Positions 7,062 through 15,405 are shown, counted from the stretch's first letter. The stretch: 41,268 bases of DNA from Streptosporangiaceae bacterium (GCA_035934395.1 DASYXX010000833.1:1-41268), one strand, 5' to 3'. Notes: generated by a model from the sequence alone, not told the origin. Made by a program: numbers and translations.

Positions 7062-7306
7062 CCCAGGAATGGCGCAAGAGTTCTTACAGCAACAGCAGCT
7101 CTAACTGCGTCGAGGTCGCGGGCGCGTGGCACAAGAGCAGCCACAGCAACAGCAACTCTAACTGCGTGGAGGTCCGGGCCGGCCAGCCCGATGCGGTGGC
7201 CGTGCGGGACTCCAAGGACCGCGGCGGGCCGGAGCTGGGCTTCACCGCCGGCGCGTGGGCGGCGTTCGTGCGGGGTGTCAAGCAGGGCGAGTTCGACCTG
7301 GCGTGA
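7055..7306 (+). CDS. DUF397 (BldB-like) domain protein with a duplicated N-terminal motif
   Basis: 'WRKSSYSNSSSNCVEVAG' and 'WHKSSHSNSNSNCVEVRAG' are followed by 'AVAVRDSKDRGGPELGFTAGAWAAFVRGVKQGEF'. The ATG at 7055 lies 7 nt inside the 3' end of the upstream XRE gene (stop 7059-7061). Confidence 0.85.
   Translation: MLTQEWRKSSYSNSSSNCVEVAGAWHKSSHSNSNSNCVEVRAGQPDAVAVRDSKDRGGPELGFTAGAWAAFVRGVKQGEFDLA
7070..7174 (+). repeat. In-frame 57-bp-period tandem duplication inside the DUF397 gene
   Basis: 7070-7117 'TGGCGCAAGAGTTCTTACAGCAACAGCAGCTCTAACTGCGTCGAGGTC' versus 7127-7174 'TGGCACAAGAGCAGCCACAGCAACAGCAACTCTAACTGCGTGGAGGTC'. Confidence 0.85.
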
Positions 7307-7529
7307 CCGGGCCGATCTGACGGCGCGCGCCGGCCCGCGGCCGCGCCGGCCGATGCGCATCACACGAGAGGTCTGGCAACGGTCAGCTATCTGCTGATCG
7401 TTGACGCCCGGCTCGACCGCCCGGAGCTAGTCGTGCACGATGGCTGTCGCGGCGCGCTCCGCCGCTGCCCGTTTCGTCGGCTTTACGGCGGGGCTCACCT
7501 CCAGGCGAACCGCATCTATGTTCCATCGA

Positions 7530-7559
7530 TGCGGCTGCGGTTGCGGTTGCCGCTGCGGG
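7530..7559. repeat. Hexanucleotide microsatellite (TGCGGY-like) x5
   Basis: TGCGGC TGCGGT TGCGGT TGCCGC TGCGGG, in non-coding DNA 3' of the small membrane-protein gene. Confidence 0.8.
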
Positions 7560-7604
7560 GACGTACGGGAGAAACCAGTGGGGCAGACGGTCGCGCGAAG
7601 CGGG

Positions 7605-7829
7605 TTACCGGGTCCCCCGGGTGGCTTTCGCCTGGCGCGACAGGAACATGCCGAGCTGGAAGAGCGCTACCTCCACGATCGCTATGCCCCAGCAGGCAAG
7701 TGCCGTCGCGTACCACGGGAGATGCGCGCGCACGACGGCGACCGTGCCCCAGATTCCGACACCCATCGCGGCAAACACGACCGGGAGTGCCCGGGCGTAG
7801 GCCCACAGCCTGCGTGAATGGGTCCTCAT
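7605..7829 (-). CDS. Small two-TM membrane protein (74 aa), unknown function
   Basis: Reading the codons by hand gives a strong G/C third-position bias in this frame. Two hydrophobic helices: 'ALPVVFAAMGVGIWGTVAVV' and 'ALACWGIAIVEVALFQLGMFL'. Competing ORFs at 7440-7817(+) and 7516-7869(-) look like noise. Confidence 0.5.
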   Translation of the reverse strand: MRTHSRRLWAYARALPVVFAAMGVGIWGTVAVVRAHLPWYATALACWGIAIVEVALFQLGMFLSRQAKATRGTR

Positions 7830-7986
7830 GCCGTGGGCGCCCGTAGACGAGGCGGAAGAAATGACTCATAGTGGCACAATGGCCGAGGCGGTACAGACAT
7901 CCGGGACCGGCGGCCAGCCCGGGACAGGTGGCTGCCCGGAGCCGGACGCGGATTCCGACGGCGCGCGCGGCGATCGTGGACGTCGC

Positions 7987-8814
7987 TCACGGCGCCTCAG
8001 CCTCAGCAGCCGCGCCTCGGTAGGCGCCGTCGACCTCTCCGCGCTCCAGCCGGGCCAGGAACGGCGTGGTGTACTCGACCCGGCCGGTGAGCCGCGCCGG
8101 GTCGCCGCTGCACAGCTCGAGCACGGTGCGGCAGATCAGCGAGATGTCCTCGGTCTCGTCCTGGGCCAGGTCGAGGGCACGGGCTCCGGCTGTCGCGACC
8201 GGGAGGAGCGGCGCCGCGGCGTTGACGGCGATGTTCCCCGAATAGAGCTCGGCGGCAAGCGACGACGTCAGGCGGTCGACCGCCGCCTTGACCGTGCCGT
8301 AGACGCCGAACCCGGCCGAGGTCGCGAAGGCGTCGAACGGCGGTCCCTCGGCGCGCTGCGCGCCCACGGACGTGAGGTTCACGATCCAGCCCGCGCCGGC
8401 CGCCCGCATCCCGGGCGCCAGGAGCTGGCTGAGCCGCAGCGGGGTGAGCAGGTGCAGGTTGAGCATCACCTGCACCCGACGGAGCGGGAAGTCCGCCAGC
8501 GGCCGCAGAAACGTGACCGCCGCGCTGTTCACCAGCACCGTCGGCTCGCCCGCCCGCGCACGCACCTCGGCCACGAGATCGTCGCACCGGCCGGGATCGG
8601 ACAGGTCCGCCGCGAAGGCGGTGGCCTGTCCTCCGGCGCCGCGGATCTCGTCCACGGTCTGCCTGAGCGAGCCTGGCTGCCCGTCCCGGGCCTCCAGGGT
8701 GCGCGCCACCACGGCGACGTGCGCGCCGTGCGCGGCGAGGGTGCCGGCGATCGCCTGGCCCAGCCCGCGGCTGGCCCCGGTGACGAGCGCGACCCGTCCC
8801 TCCAGTCGGCTCAT
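7987..8814 (-). CDS. SDR-family oxidoreductase
   Basis: 'GRVALVTGASRGLGQAIA' (TGxxxGxG) and 'YGTVKAAV' (YxxxK). ATG at 8814 is preceded by AGGAGA. The listed start at 8853 is a 13-aa extension. Confidence 0.85.
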   Translation of the reverse strand: MSRLEGRVALVTGASRGLGQAIAGTLAAHGAHVAVVARTLEARDGQPGSLRQTVDEIRGAGGQATAFAADLSDPGRCDDLVAEVRARAGEPTVLVNSAAVTFLRPLADFPLRRVQVMLNLHLLTPLRLSQLLAPGMRAAGAGWIVNLTSVGAQRAEGPPFDAFATSAGFGVYGTVKAAVDRLTSSLAAELYSGNIAVNAAAPLLPVATAGARALDLAQDETEDISLICRTVLELCSGDPARLTGRVEYTTPFLARLERGEVDGAYRGAAAEAEAP

Positions 8815-8903
8815 GTGATCATCTCCTGGCTGTGCCTCGGCGGGGGCCCGCATCGCCCGGTACGATGCCGCCGTCGAAGTCGGATTACTGCCGTGGATTC
8901 CCG

Positions 8904-9704
8904 ATGCCGAGCCTGCGCGTAGACCGTGACACCCCGGACGTCGCCCTGCTGACCATGTCGCGCCCGGCGTCGCTCAACGCCCTCGACTCCAGGCTCATGG
9001 CCGAGCTGTACGACACGCTCGCCGGCCTCGGCCAGGACCCCGGCGTCCGGGTCGTCATCCTCACTGGGGAGGGCCGTGGCTTCTGTGCCGGCCTGGACGT
9101 CCGAGACTTCGGCGGCCCCGTCCCCGCGGTGACCGACGGGCCAGACGCGCTGCTGGCCTTCCAGCAGTACATGAGCCAGATCGTCGCCGTGGTGCGCGAC
9201 CTGCCGCAGCCCGTCATCGCCGCGGTGAACGGGGCGGCCGTCGGCGGCGGCATGGCCCTGGCCTGCGCGGCCGACATCCGGCTGGCCGCACCCGGTGCCC
9301 GGTTCGGCGTCGGCGCGGTGCGCCTGGGGCTGAGCGGGTGCGAGATGGGGCTGAGCTACCACCTGCCCCGCCTGGTGGGCATGAGCGCCGCGGCGGAGTG
9401 GATGCTTACCGGCCGACTGGTCGGCGCCGACGAGGCCCTCGCGGCCGGGCTGGTCAGCAGGGTGGTCGCCGCGCCGCAGCTGCTGGCCGCCGCGGGGGAG
9501 CTGGCCGCCGCGATCATCGGGAACGCCCCGTTCGGCATCCGGATGACCAAGCGGGTCATGTGGGCCAACCTCGGCGAGGCGGACCTGGCCCGCGCGCTCG
9601 ACCGGGAGAACAAAGCCCAGGTCCTCGCGGTGACGACGCGGGACGCCGAGGAGGCGCGGGCGGCCTTCCTCGAGCGCCGGCCGCCGCGATTCACCGATCG
9701 CTGA
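8904..9704 (+). CDS. Enoyl-CoA hydratase/isomerase (crotonase) family protein
   Basis: 'VVILTGEGRGFCAGLDV' and 'PVIAAVNGAAVGGGMALACAADIRLA' are crotonase oxyanion-hole motifs. Start chosen at 'MPSLRVDRD'. Confidence 0.85.
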   Translation: MPSLRVDRDTPDVALLTMSRPASLNALDSRLMAELYDTLAGLGQDPGVRVVILTGEGRGFCAGLDVRDFGGPVPAVTDGPDALLAFQQYMSQIVAVVRDLPQPVIAAVNGAAVGGGMALACAADIRLAAPGARFGVGAVRLGLSGCEMGLSYHLPRLVGMSAAAEWMLTGRLVGADEALAAGLVSRVVAAPQLLAAAGELAAAIIGNAPFGIRMTKRVMWANLGEADLARALDRENKAQVLAVTTRDAEEARAAFLERRPPRFTDR

Positions 9705-9829
9705 TCCCACCCGCTCTGCCTCGCTCCGGGCCGCGCCGGACAGTTCCAATATCGACATCGAAATTGTAAGTTGGCAGGTACGTTGCCCGCAATCTGCTCG
9801 AGCTGACACACGGGCCGGGAGGATCGCCG

Positions 9830-10255
9830 ATGAGCTGGGACTTCCAGACCGAACCCGAATTCCAGCAGGTGCTCGACTGGGCGGATCAGTTCGTCCGCGA
9901 CGAGGTCGAGCCCTTGGACTACGTGGTGGCCTCTGCCTATGACCGCGACGACCCGGTGCGGCAGGCCCTCATCCCGCCGCTGCAGGGGATGGTCAGGGAG
10001 CACGGCCTGTGGGCGACCCACCTTGGGCCGGAGCACGGCGGGCCGGGCTACGGCCAGGTGAAGCTCGGCCTGCTCAACGAGATACTCGGCGCGGACGGGC
10101 CGACCGAGGTGCACAAGATGACCGTCGCGCGGGAGCTACTGCGCGACATGAAGCCAGCGGAGAGCGCGTTCCCCAGTGAGCACGTCCCGGCGCGCCGGGC
10201 GGCGGCGATGGCGAAATACGCCGACGTCCTGGCCAGGGTGCAGGCCGGTGGCTGA
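9830..10255 (+). pseudogene. Acyl-CoA dehydrogenase remnant. The N-terminal ~85 aa are joined in frame to the last ~55 aa, so the internal ~250 aa are missing.
   Basis: 'MSWDFQTEPEFQQVLDWADQFVRDEVEPLD...GYGQVKLGLLNEILG' is a FadE-type N-terminus. It is followed directly by 'ADGPTEVHKMTVARELLRDMKP...', the C-terminal helix motif. The total is only 141 aa, against roughly 390-410 expected. Confidence 0.65.
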
Positions 10256-11297
10256 TCCCGGGCCGCCCGTGGCCAGTGCCGTGGCCGCGGCGTTCGAGCC
10301 GGACGCCGCGGACCTTGCCCGCCGGCTGTCCGCAGCCGCCCAGCGGTGGCAGCCCGGCGCCATGGTGACGGGCGTGCGCAGGCTGCCCGGCGGCGAGTCC
10401 AGCCTCACCTACCTGGCAACGGTCGACTCCGCGCCGTGCGACCGGATCGTCGTCAAGGTCGCGCCGCCGGGCCTCCCGGCGACCCGCAACCGCAACGTGC
10501 TTCGCCAGGCACAGCTGCTGGCAGAGCTGCACGGCACGCCCGTGCCCGTGCCCGAGGTGCTGTTCACCGACGACGGTGCGCTCCGCCACGGGCCGATGTT
10601 CGCGATGAGCTTCTGCGAGGGGGATAGCCTCGAGCCGAATATCGACGAGGCTCCTGGTCCGGCGCCGCCTCCGCCAGAGCTGGCCGCCCGGGCCCGCCAT
10701 GCCGCCCGGATCCTGGCGGACCTGCACGGGCGCGACGTGCGGGCGGCGTGGTTCACCGCGGAGCGCCCGCTATCGCTGTCGGGCGAGATCGCTCGCTGGG
10801 AGCGAGCCCTGAGCACTCTTCCGGCCGACTTCGGCCTGGCCTGGGAAGGCATGTGCGCGCGGCTGCGGGCCACCGAGCCGCAGCCGGTCGCCGCCTGCCT
10901 GACTCACGGTGATTTCCGCCTCGGGAACACGCTCTGCCGGGGCGGGCGCGTTACCGCCGTCCTGGACTGGGAGATCTGGTCGCGCGGCGATCCCCGGCTC
11001 GATCTCGCGTGGTTCCTGCTGTCCCTCGACGGCGGGGCACACCCTGCTTCCGTCCGGGCCGCACCGGGGATTCCCGGCACCGGGGAGCTGATCGGGGAGT
11101 ACGAGGCGGCACGGGGCTCGGCCGTCGGATCCCTTTCCTGGTTCACGGCGCTCAGCCTGCTCAAGCTGACGGCGACGACCGGGCTCATCGCCAAGCACGC
11201 CTTGCGGCGCGGGGATACCTCGAACTGGGGGGTGCGCATGCTTCCCCGGCTGCGCCGGATGCTCGCCGACCCGGGCCGTGCCCTCGGCGAGCCGTGA
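10248..11297 (+). CDS. Phosphotransferase (APH/choline-kinase-like) family protein
   Basis: Brenner-type 'LTHGDFRLGNTL' and 'VLDWEIWSRGDPRLDLAW'. The GTG start overlaps the upstream stop (GTGGCTGA, 10248-10255). Confidence 0.8.
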   Translation: MADPGPPVASAVAAAFEPDAADLARRLSAAAQRWQPGAMVTGVRRLPGGESSLTYLATVDSAPCDRIVVKVAPPGLPATRNRNVLRQAQLLAELHGTPVPVPEVLFTDDGALRHGPMFAMSFCEGDSLEPNIDEAPGPAPPPPELAARARHAARILADLHGRDVRAAWFTAERPLSLSGEIARWERALSTLPADFGLAWEGMCARLRATEPQPVAACLTHGDFRLGNTLCRGGRVTAVLDWEIWSRGDPRLDLAWFLLSLDGGAHPASVRAAPGIPGTGELIGEYEAARGSAVGSLSWFTALSLLKLTATTGLIAKHALRRGDTSNWGVRMLPRLRRMLADPGRALGEP

Positions 11298-11394
11298 GCA
11301 CCGAGCGCGCCGGAGTCAGTCACTGAGCACGCCCACATCCCGCCGGGCCTAATGAGTGCCTTTCACCATGCAGGACCCACCGCTGCCACCGGTC

Positions 11395-12345
11395 CTACGT
11401 GCCCGACAGCCCGCGGGGCGGAGGATCGCGATGAGCGCAGGCGCCGGACTGGTTCTCCCGGGCCAGCGCGCACTCCTCGGCGAACGCCAGGACCTTGAGG
11501 TGGTAGGCCGGCGCCGCCAGCCCGAGGCTCAGGTTGTGGCCGCTGCCCGGCTGCTCCTCGGTTACGACCCGCGGCGAGGCGGTGAACAGGGCCGCGATCT
11601 CGGCGAGCGCTGGCGGGCCGGACCGCCACACGGTCTCGTGATCGCCGAGGCAGTAGCGGACCGGGATGCGGACGCGGGCGGCGAGCGCCGGGGCCTCCCG
11701 CGGCCAGCGCCCGATCTCATCGCCCTCGAACGGGGGGCTGGGTGAGTACATGCCGTCGCCGGCGCCCGCGGGGTACAGCCGGTCCGGTCCCCAGATCATG
11801 TCCCGCACGGCGGTCACCGGCCCGTCTCGCGCCGGCGCGTCCAGCATGTCGCTGCGCAGCACTCTCGTCCGCAGGGCGGCCCCGAAACGGGGCTGGTACT
11901 GCCGCCCGATGCCGGCGATCTCCAGGCCCAGCAGGTCCGTCCCGCGCTCGTCGGCCGCCATCCGCACCGCCAGGACGCAGCCCAGCGAGTGCGCCGCCAG
12001 GAACACGCCGGCCCCCCTCGGGCGCTCCGCCAGCAGGCGGTCGACCGCCGCATAGGCGAGGTCCACCCGCCGGCCGGCGGACGCCATCTGGTCCGCGTGC
12101 GGGGCGGAGCTCCCGTATCCCGGCCGGTCGAGGGCGATGACCGTGAACCCGAGCGCCGCGCCGGTCCGCAGCAGTGAGTGCCGCGGCTGGCCCGGGGCGT
12201 CGAAGTACGCGGACGTGACCGCGCCGCCGTGCAGCGCGACGACGACCGCCCGGGGGCGGCGGACCTCGGCCAGCCGCCCCGACATCGGGATGCCGTCGGC
12301 GTCGACGACGCGGGAGGAGGTGACGAAGCTCTCGGCTGGCGTCAC
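11395..12345 (-). CDS. alpha/beta hydrolase
   Basis: 'AVVVALHGGAVTSAYF', 'ALDRPGYGSS' and the nucleophile elbow 'AAHSLGC'. GTG at 12345 overlaps the upstream stop (GTGA). The 488-aa listed ORF is a spurious N-terminal extension. Confidence 0.8.
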   Translation of the reverse strand: MTPAESFVTSSRVVDADGIPMSGRLAEVRRPRAVVVALHGGAVTSAYFDAPGQPRHSLLRTGAALGFTVIALDRPGYGSSAPHADQMASAGRRVDLAYAAVDRLLAERPRGAGVFLAAHSLGCVLAVRMAADERGTDLLGLEIAGIGRQYQPRFGAALRTRVLRSDMLDAPARDGPVTAVRDMIWGPDRLYPAGAGDGMYSPSPPFEGDEIGRWPREAPALAARVRIPVRYCLGDHETVWRSGPPALAEIAALFTASPRVVTEEQPGSGHNLSLGLAAPAYHLKVLAFAEECALARENQSGACAHRDPPPRGLSGT

Positions 12346-14012
12346 GCGTCCGTCCGGAACAGGATGACGCCGCTGGGCGTGAGGCCGCCCGAGCTCACCA
12401 CGGCGACCCGGGCTCCCGGCACCTGCCGTTCCCCGCCCTCGCCGCGCAGCTGGACGATCGCCTCGTGGACCAGGCCCATGCCGTGGGTGCGGCCGTGGGA
12501 GAGCTGGCCGCCGTGGGTGTTCAGCGGCAGCAGGCCGTCCCGGGCGATGTTCTTCCCGCCGTCGAGGAAGTCCCTGGCCTCGCCGATGCCGCAGAAGCCC
12601 AGCGCCTCGATCCAGGACAGGCAGTTGAACGTGTAGCCGTCGTAGAGCTCGGCCACGTCCACGTCGCCGGGACGCAGCGACGTGCGGGTCCACAGGTGCG
12701 CGGACTGCCCCAGGACCTGCGGCTCGTGGGTCAGCGTGCTCTGGTCCCACTCGAGCCGCTCGATGATCTGGGTGCCGACGGCCTCCACCAGGACGGGCGT
12801 CTTGGCCAGGTCCCGTGCCGTGTCCCTGGCCGATACGATCACGGCGATCGCTGCGTCGCACGGCACGTCGCAGTCGTATAGCCCGAACGGCGTGGTGATC
12901 ATCCGCGCGTTCAGGTAGTCATCCATCGTCAGCGGGTCGCGGTAGATCGCCGTCGGGTTCAGCGCGGCGTTCGCCCGCTGGTTCAGCGCGATCCAGCCCA
13001 GCGTCTCGCGCGTGGTTCCGTAACGGTGGAAGTGCCGGTGCGCGCTCTGGGCCAGGGTGTGTGCCGCCGACGTCGCCCCGAACGGCATCGACCAGCCCAT
13101 CAGGCCCGCGGCACGCCCGGCGTTCTGCGTGATCTTGCCCTGGCGGACAAGCTCGTCGTGCGTGGCCTGCCACAGGGTCCGGAAGCAGAGCACGTGCCGG
13201 ACCAGCCCGCCGGCGACCGCCAGCATCGCCGCGATCACCGAGCCGCCCGGCCCGAACGTCTCGCCGCCGCCGTTGTACCAGGTCGGCCGGATGCCGAGGG
13301 CGTCCTCCAGCGCGGTCACCCCGCCCTCGCTGAACGGGCCCGCCAGGCCGCCCGGGTAGGTGGACAGGCCGTCGATGTCGTTCATGGTGAGCCCGGCGTC
13401 CGCGATCGCGCGCTCGCAGGCCTGCACGGTCAGCGAGAGCGGGGGGACCATCAGCCGCCGCCCGATCTCCGACATCCCGATCCCGGTGATCGCGACCTTG
13501 TCCTCGAACTTCTCGCGCGTGGCCATCGGGCGCACGTGGCGCCGCATCTGGTCCGGCTCGATCTCGTCCGACGGCAGCGGCGCCGGCTCGCCTTGCTCTT
13601 CCGCGGGCCGGAACAGCGGCAGCCACACGTCCTCGGCCTGCTCGAACACCACCTCCATGCGCATGCCAAGCTCGAGCCGCTCCGGATCGCACCCGACCAC
13701 GTTCGTGGTGAGCCGGACCCGCGGGTCCTCCTCGATCGCGACCTGCGCCACCACGTACGGCGCGGGCAGCCCGGGCAGGCTGAACCGGTGGTTGACCGTG
13801 AACCCGATGAGCGTCGCGTAACCGGAGACCGCGCGCACGCCCATCTGGCGCCCGCGGCAGTACCGGCAGACCGGCTGCGGCGGATGGATCAGCGCCTTAC
13901 ACGACTCACACTCGGTGAACCGCAGCCGGCCGTCGGCTCCCGACCTCCAGAAGAACTCGTTCTCCGGCGTGACCAGCGGCAGCAGGCGGCCGGGCTGAGA
14001 ATCAGTGGCCAA
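12342..14012 (-). CDS. Fusion of a DUF35 (Zn-ribbon + OB-fold) domain and an SCP-x/Ltp-type thiolase-like domain
   Basis: N-terminus 'FFWRSGADGRLRFTECESCKALIHPPQPVCRYCRG' is the rubredoxin-like Zn ribbon of DUF35. From 'KVAITGIGMSEIGRR' onward it is thiolase-like ('LPLNTHGGQLSHGRTHGMG'). The TTG start at 14012 overlaps the P450 stop by 11 nt. Confidence 0.8.
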   Translation of the reverse strand: MATDSQPGRLLPLVTPENEFFWRSGADGRLRFTECESCKALIHPPQPVCRYCRGRQMGVRAVSGYATLIGFTVNHRFSLPGLPAPYVVAQVAIEEDPRVRLTTNVVGCDPERLELGMRMEVVFEQAEDVWLPLFRPAEEQGEPAPLPSDEIEPDQMRRHVRPMATREKFEDKVAITGIGMSEIGRRLMVPPLSLTVQACERAIADAGLTMNDIDGLSTYPGGLAGPFSEGGVTALEDALGIRPTWYNGGGETFGPGGSVIAAMLAVAGGLVRHVLCFRTLWQATHDELVRQGKITQNAGRAAGLMGWSMPFGATSAAHTLAQSAHRHFHRYGTTRETLGWIALNQRANAALNPTAIYRDPLTMDDYLNARMITTPFGLYDCDVPCDAAIAVIVSARDTARDLAKTPVLVEAVGTQIIERLEWDQSTLTHEPQVLGQSAHLWTRTSLRPGDVDVAELYDGYTFNCLSWIEALGFCGIGEARDFLDGGKNIARDGLLPLNTHGGQLSHGRTHGMGLVHEAIVQLRGEGGERQVPGARVAVVSSGGLTPSGVILFRTDA

Positions 14013-15369
14013 TCTGAGCCTTGGCCTTCCGCACGGTCACCGGCTCGGCGAGGCCCTGCTCGTCGCAGAGCCGCTGGAGCATCTCGATGGTCTCGTCGAG
14101 CCCGGCGCCCAGCCTGGGTCCGGGGGTGAACGTGGCCGGGAGGTGTTGCATGCCCTGGATGACCCCGATGGTCTCGTAGTGCACCGCCCCGGCCGGGTCG
14201 CACCGGAAGTCGGGCATACGGTCGAGCACCGCGGTGATCATCCGCTTGAACACCATGCGGGCCACGTTCGAGCCGATGCACCGGTGCAGGCCCAGCCCGA
14301 AGCTGAAGTGCCTGTTGCCGGTGCGGGCCATCTCGATCTCGTTCGGGTTGTCGAACAGTGCGGGATCGCGGTTGGCCATGGCCCAGGACAGCCATATCCG
14401 CTCGCCCTCCTTGAACCGGGTGCCGGCGATCTCGCAGTCCTGTGAGATCGTGCGCCCGTCCCCGGGGGCGGGCGTATAGAACCGCAGAAACTCCTCGGTC
14501 GCCGGGTCCAGCAGCGTGTCCCGCTCCCTGGACAGGCGCTCCCGCTGGTCGGGGTGCTCGGACAGCCACTCCAGCGCGTGCGCGGTCAGCGAGGTGGTCG
14601 TGTCGAACCCGCCGCCGATGAGCAGGAGCAGCACCCCGAACAGCTCCATGTCGGGGGGCGTCTTGCCGTTGATCTTCGCGCGGACGAGCGCGTCCACCAG
14701 GCCGGGCCGGGGATGCTCCCGGATCTGGGCGATCTGGTTGAACAGGTCCTCGCCCATCGCGACCTGGATCTGCCGCACCCGGGCCATGTCCGGCGAGTCG
14801 GGGGGCGTGTACACCGCGGCGTGGGTCGGCTCGCAGTAGATCGTCCAGCTCTTCAGCGGCATGCCCAGCATGGCGAGCGTCAGCACGGCCGGAACCACGT
14901 TGGCCAGGTCGTCGACGAAGTCGATCCGGCCGGTCTCGATCTTCTCGTTCAGGCAGGCGCGGACCAGCTCCTCGACCACGGGGACCCACCGGGCCACGGC
15001 GGCCGGGGACAGGTAGGGATTGAGCGCCTGGCGGTACTCGCGCTGCTCGGGCGGGTCCATCTCCAGGAACCCGCCCTGGATCGGCATCTCGTCCTGCGTC
15101 GGGACGCTGATGCCCTTGTAGCCGCGCCGCACGCCCTCGATGTCGTGGTCGTTGGACAGGTACTGGGCGGAGCGAGCGAGTTCGAATACCTCGCTGGCTC
15201 CGGCGGCGACCCAGTGCCCGCCGTATGTGTCGCTCCAGGCCACGGGGCACCTGGCCTGCATCTCCTGGGTGATCGCCTCGAACTGGTGCCGGTATTCCGG
15301 CGCGTGACGGGCGAAGTGGTAGCTGCGCTTCTTGCGGTCAGCGTCGAGGGGGATTTCTTCTACGCTCAC
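14002..15369 (-). CDS. Cytochrome P450 monooxygenase
   Basis: Heme loop 'FSFGLGLHRCIG', I-helix 'LLLIGGGFDTTTS' and ExxR 'EEFLR'. GTG start is preceded by AAGGAGA. Confidence 0.92.
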   Translation of the reverse strand: MSVEEIPLDADRKKRSYHFARHAPEYRHQFEAITQEMQARCPVAWSDTYGGHWVAAGASEVFELARSAQYLSNDHDIEGVRRGYKGISVPTQDEMPIQGGFLEMDPPEQREYRQALNPYLSPAAVARWVPVVEELVRACLNEKIETGRIDFVDDLANVVPAVLTLAMLGMPLKSWTIYCEPTHAAVYTPPDSPDMARVRQIQVAMGEDLFNQIAQIREHPRPGLVDALVRAKINGKTPPDMELFGVLLLLIGGGFDTTTSLTAHALEWLSEHPDQRERLSRERDTLLDPATEEFLRFYTPAPGDGRTISQDCEIAGTRFKEGERIWLSWAMANRDPALFDNPNEIEMARTGNRHFSFGLGLHRCIGSNVARMVFKRMITAVLDRMPDFRCDPAGAVHYETIGVIQGMQHLPATFTPGPRLGAGLDETIEMLQRLCDEQGLAEPVTVRKAKAQIGH

Positions 15370-15405
15370 GCCGTACTTCTCCTTGCTGCGGCCGGGCCGG
15401 TGGCG

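Noticed and set aside
7530-7559. Short tandem repeats considered as a possible CRISPR array. The same check was made on the repeats at 34568-34612, 36581-36639 and 36662-36770.
   Set aside because: The units are 6 to about 45 nt without regularly spaced unique spacers, have only 2-5 copies, and no cas genes are present. This is not CRISPR architecture.
7440-7817. 125-aa plus-strand ORF encoding 'CGCGCGCRCG', a possible metallothionein-like or RiPP-like peptide.
   Set aside because: Beyond about 30 codons it runs antisense to the small membrane-protein gene, in a frame without G/C third-position bias. The Cys-Gly run is explained by a TGCGGY microsatellite.
2400-7900. The accessory stretch as a classical integrated mobile element or prophage.
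   Set aside because: No integrase, transposase, recombinase, tRNA attachment site or flanking direct repeats could be seen. Only the compositional shift supports foreign origin.
8832-8903. Upstream extensions of the crotonase (start 8832), the SDR (8853) and the second crotonase (32500).
   Set aside because: The extensions are Pro/Arg/Gly-rich with no homology-like features. Internal ATGs give N-termini that match the family pattern ('M..L.V....V..LT.NRP').
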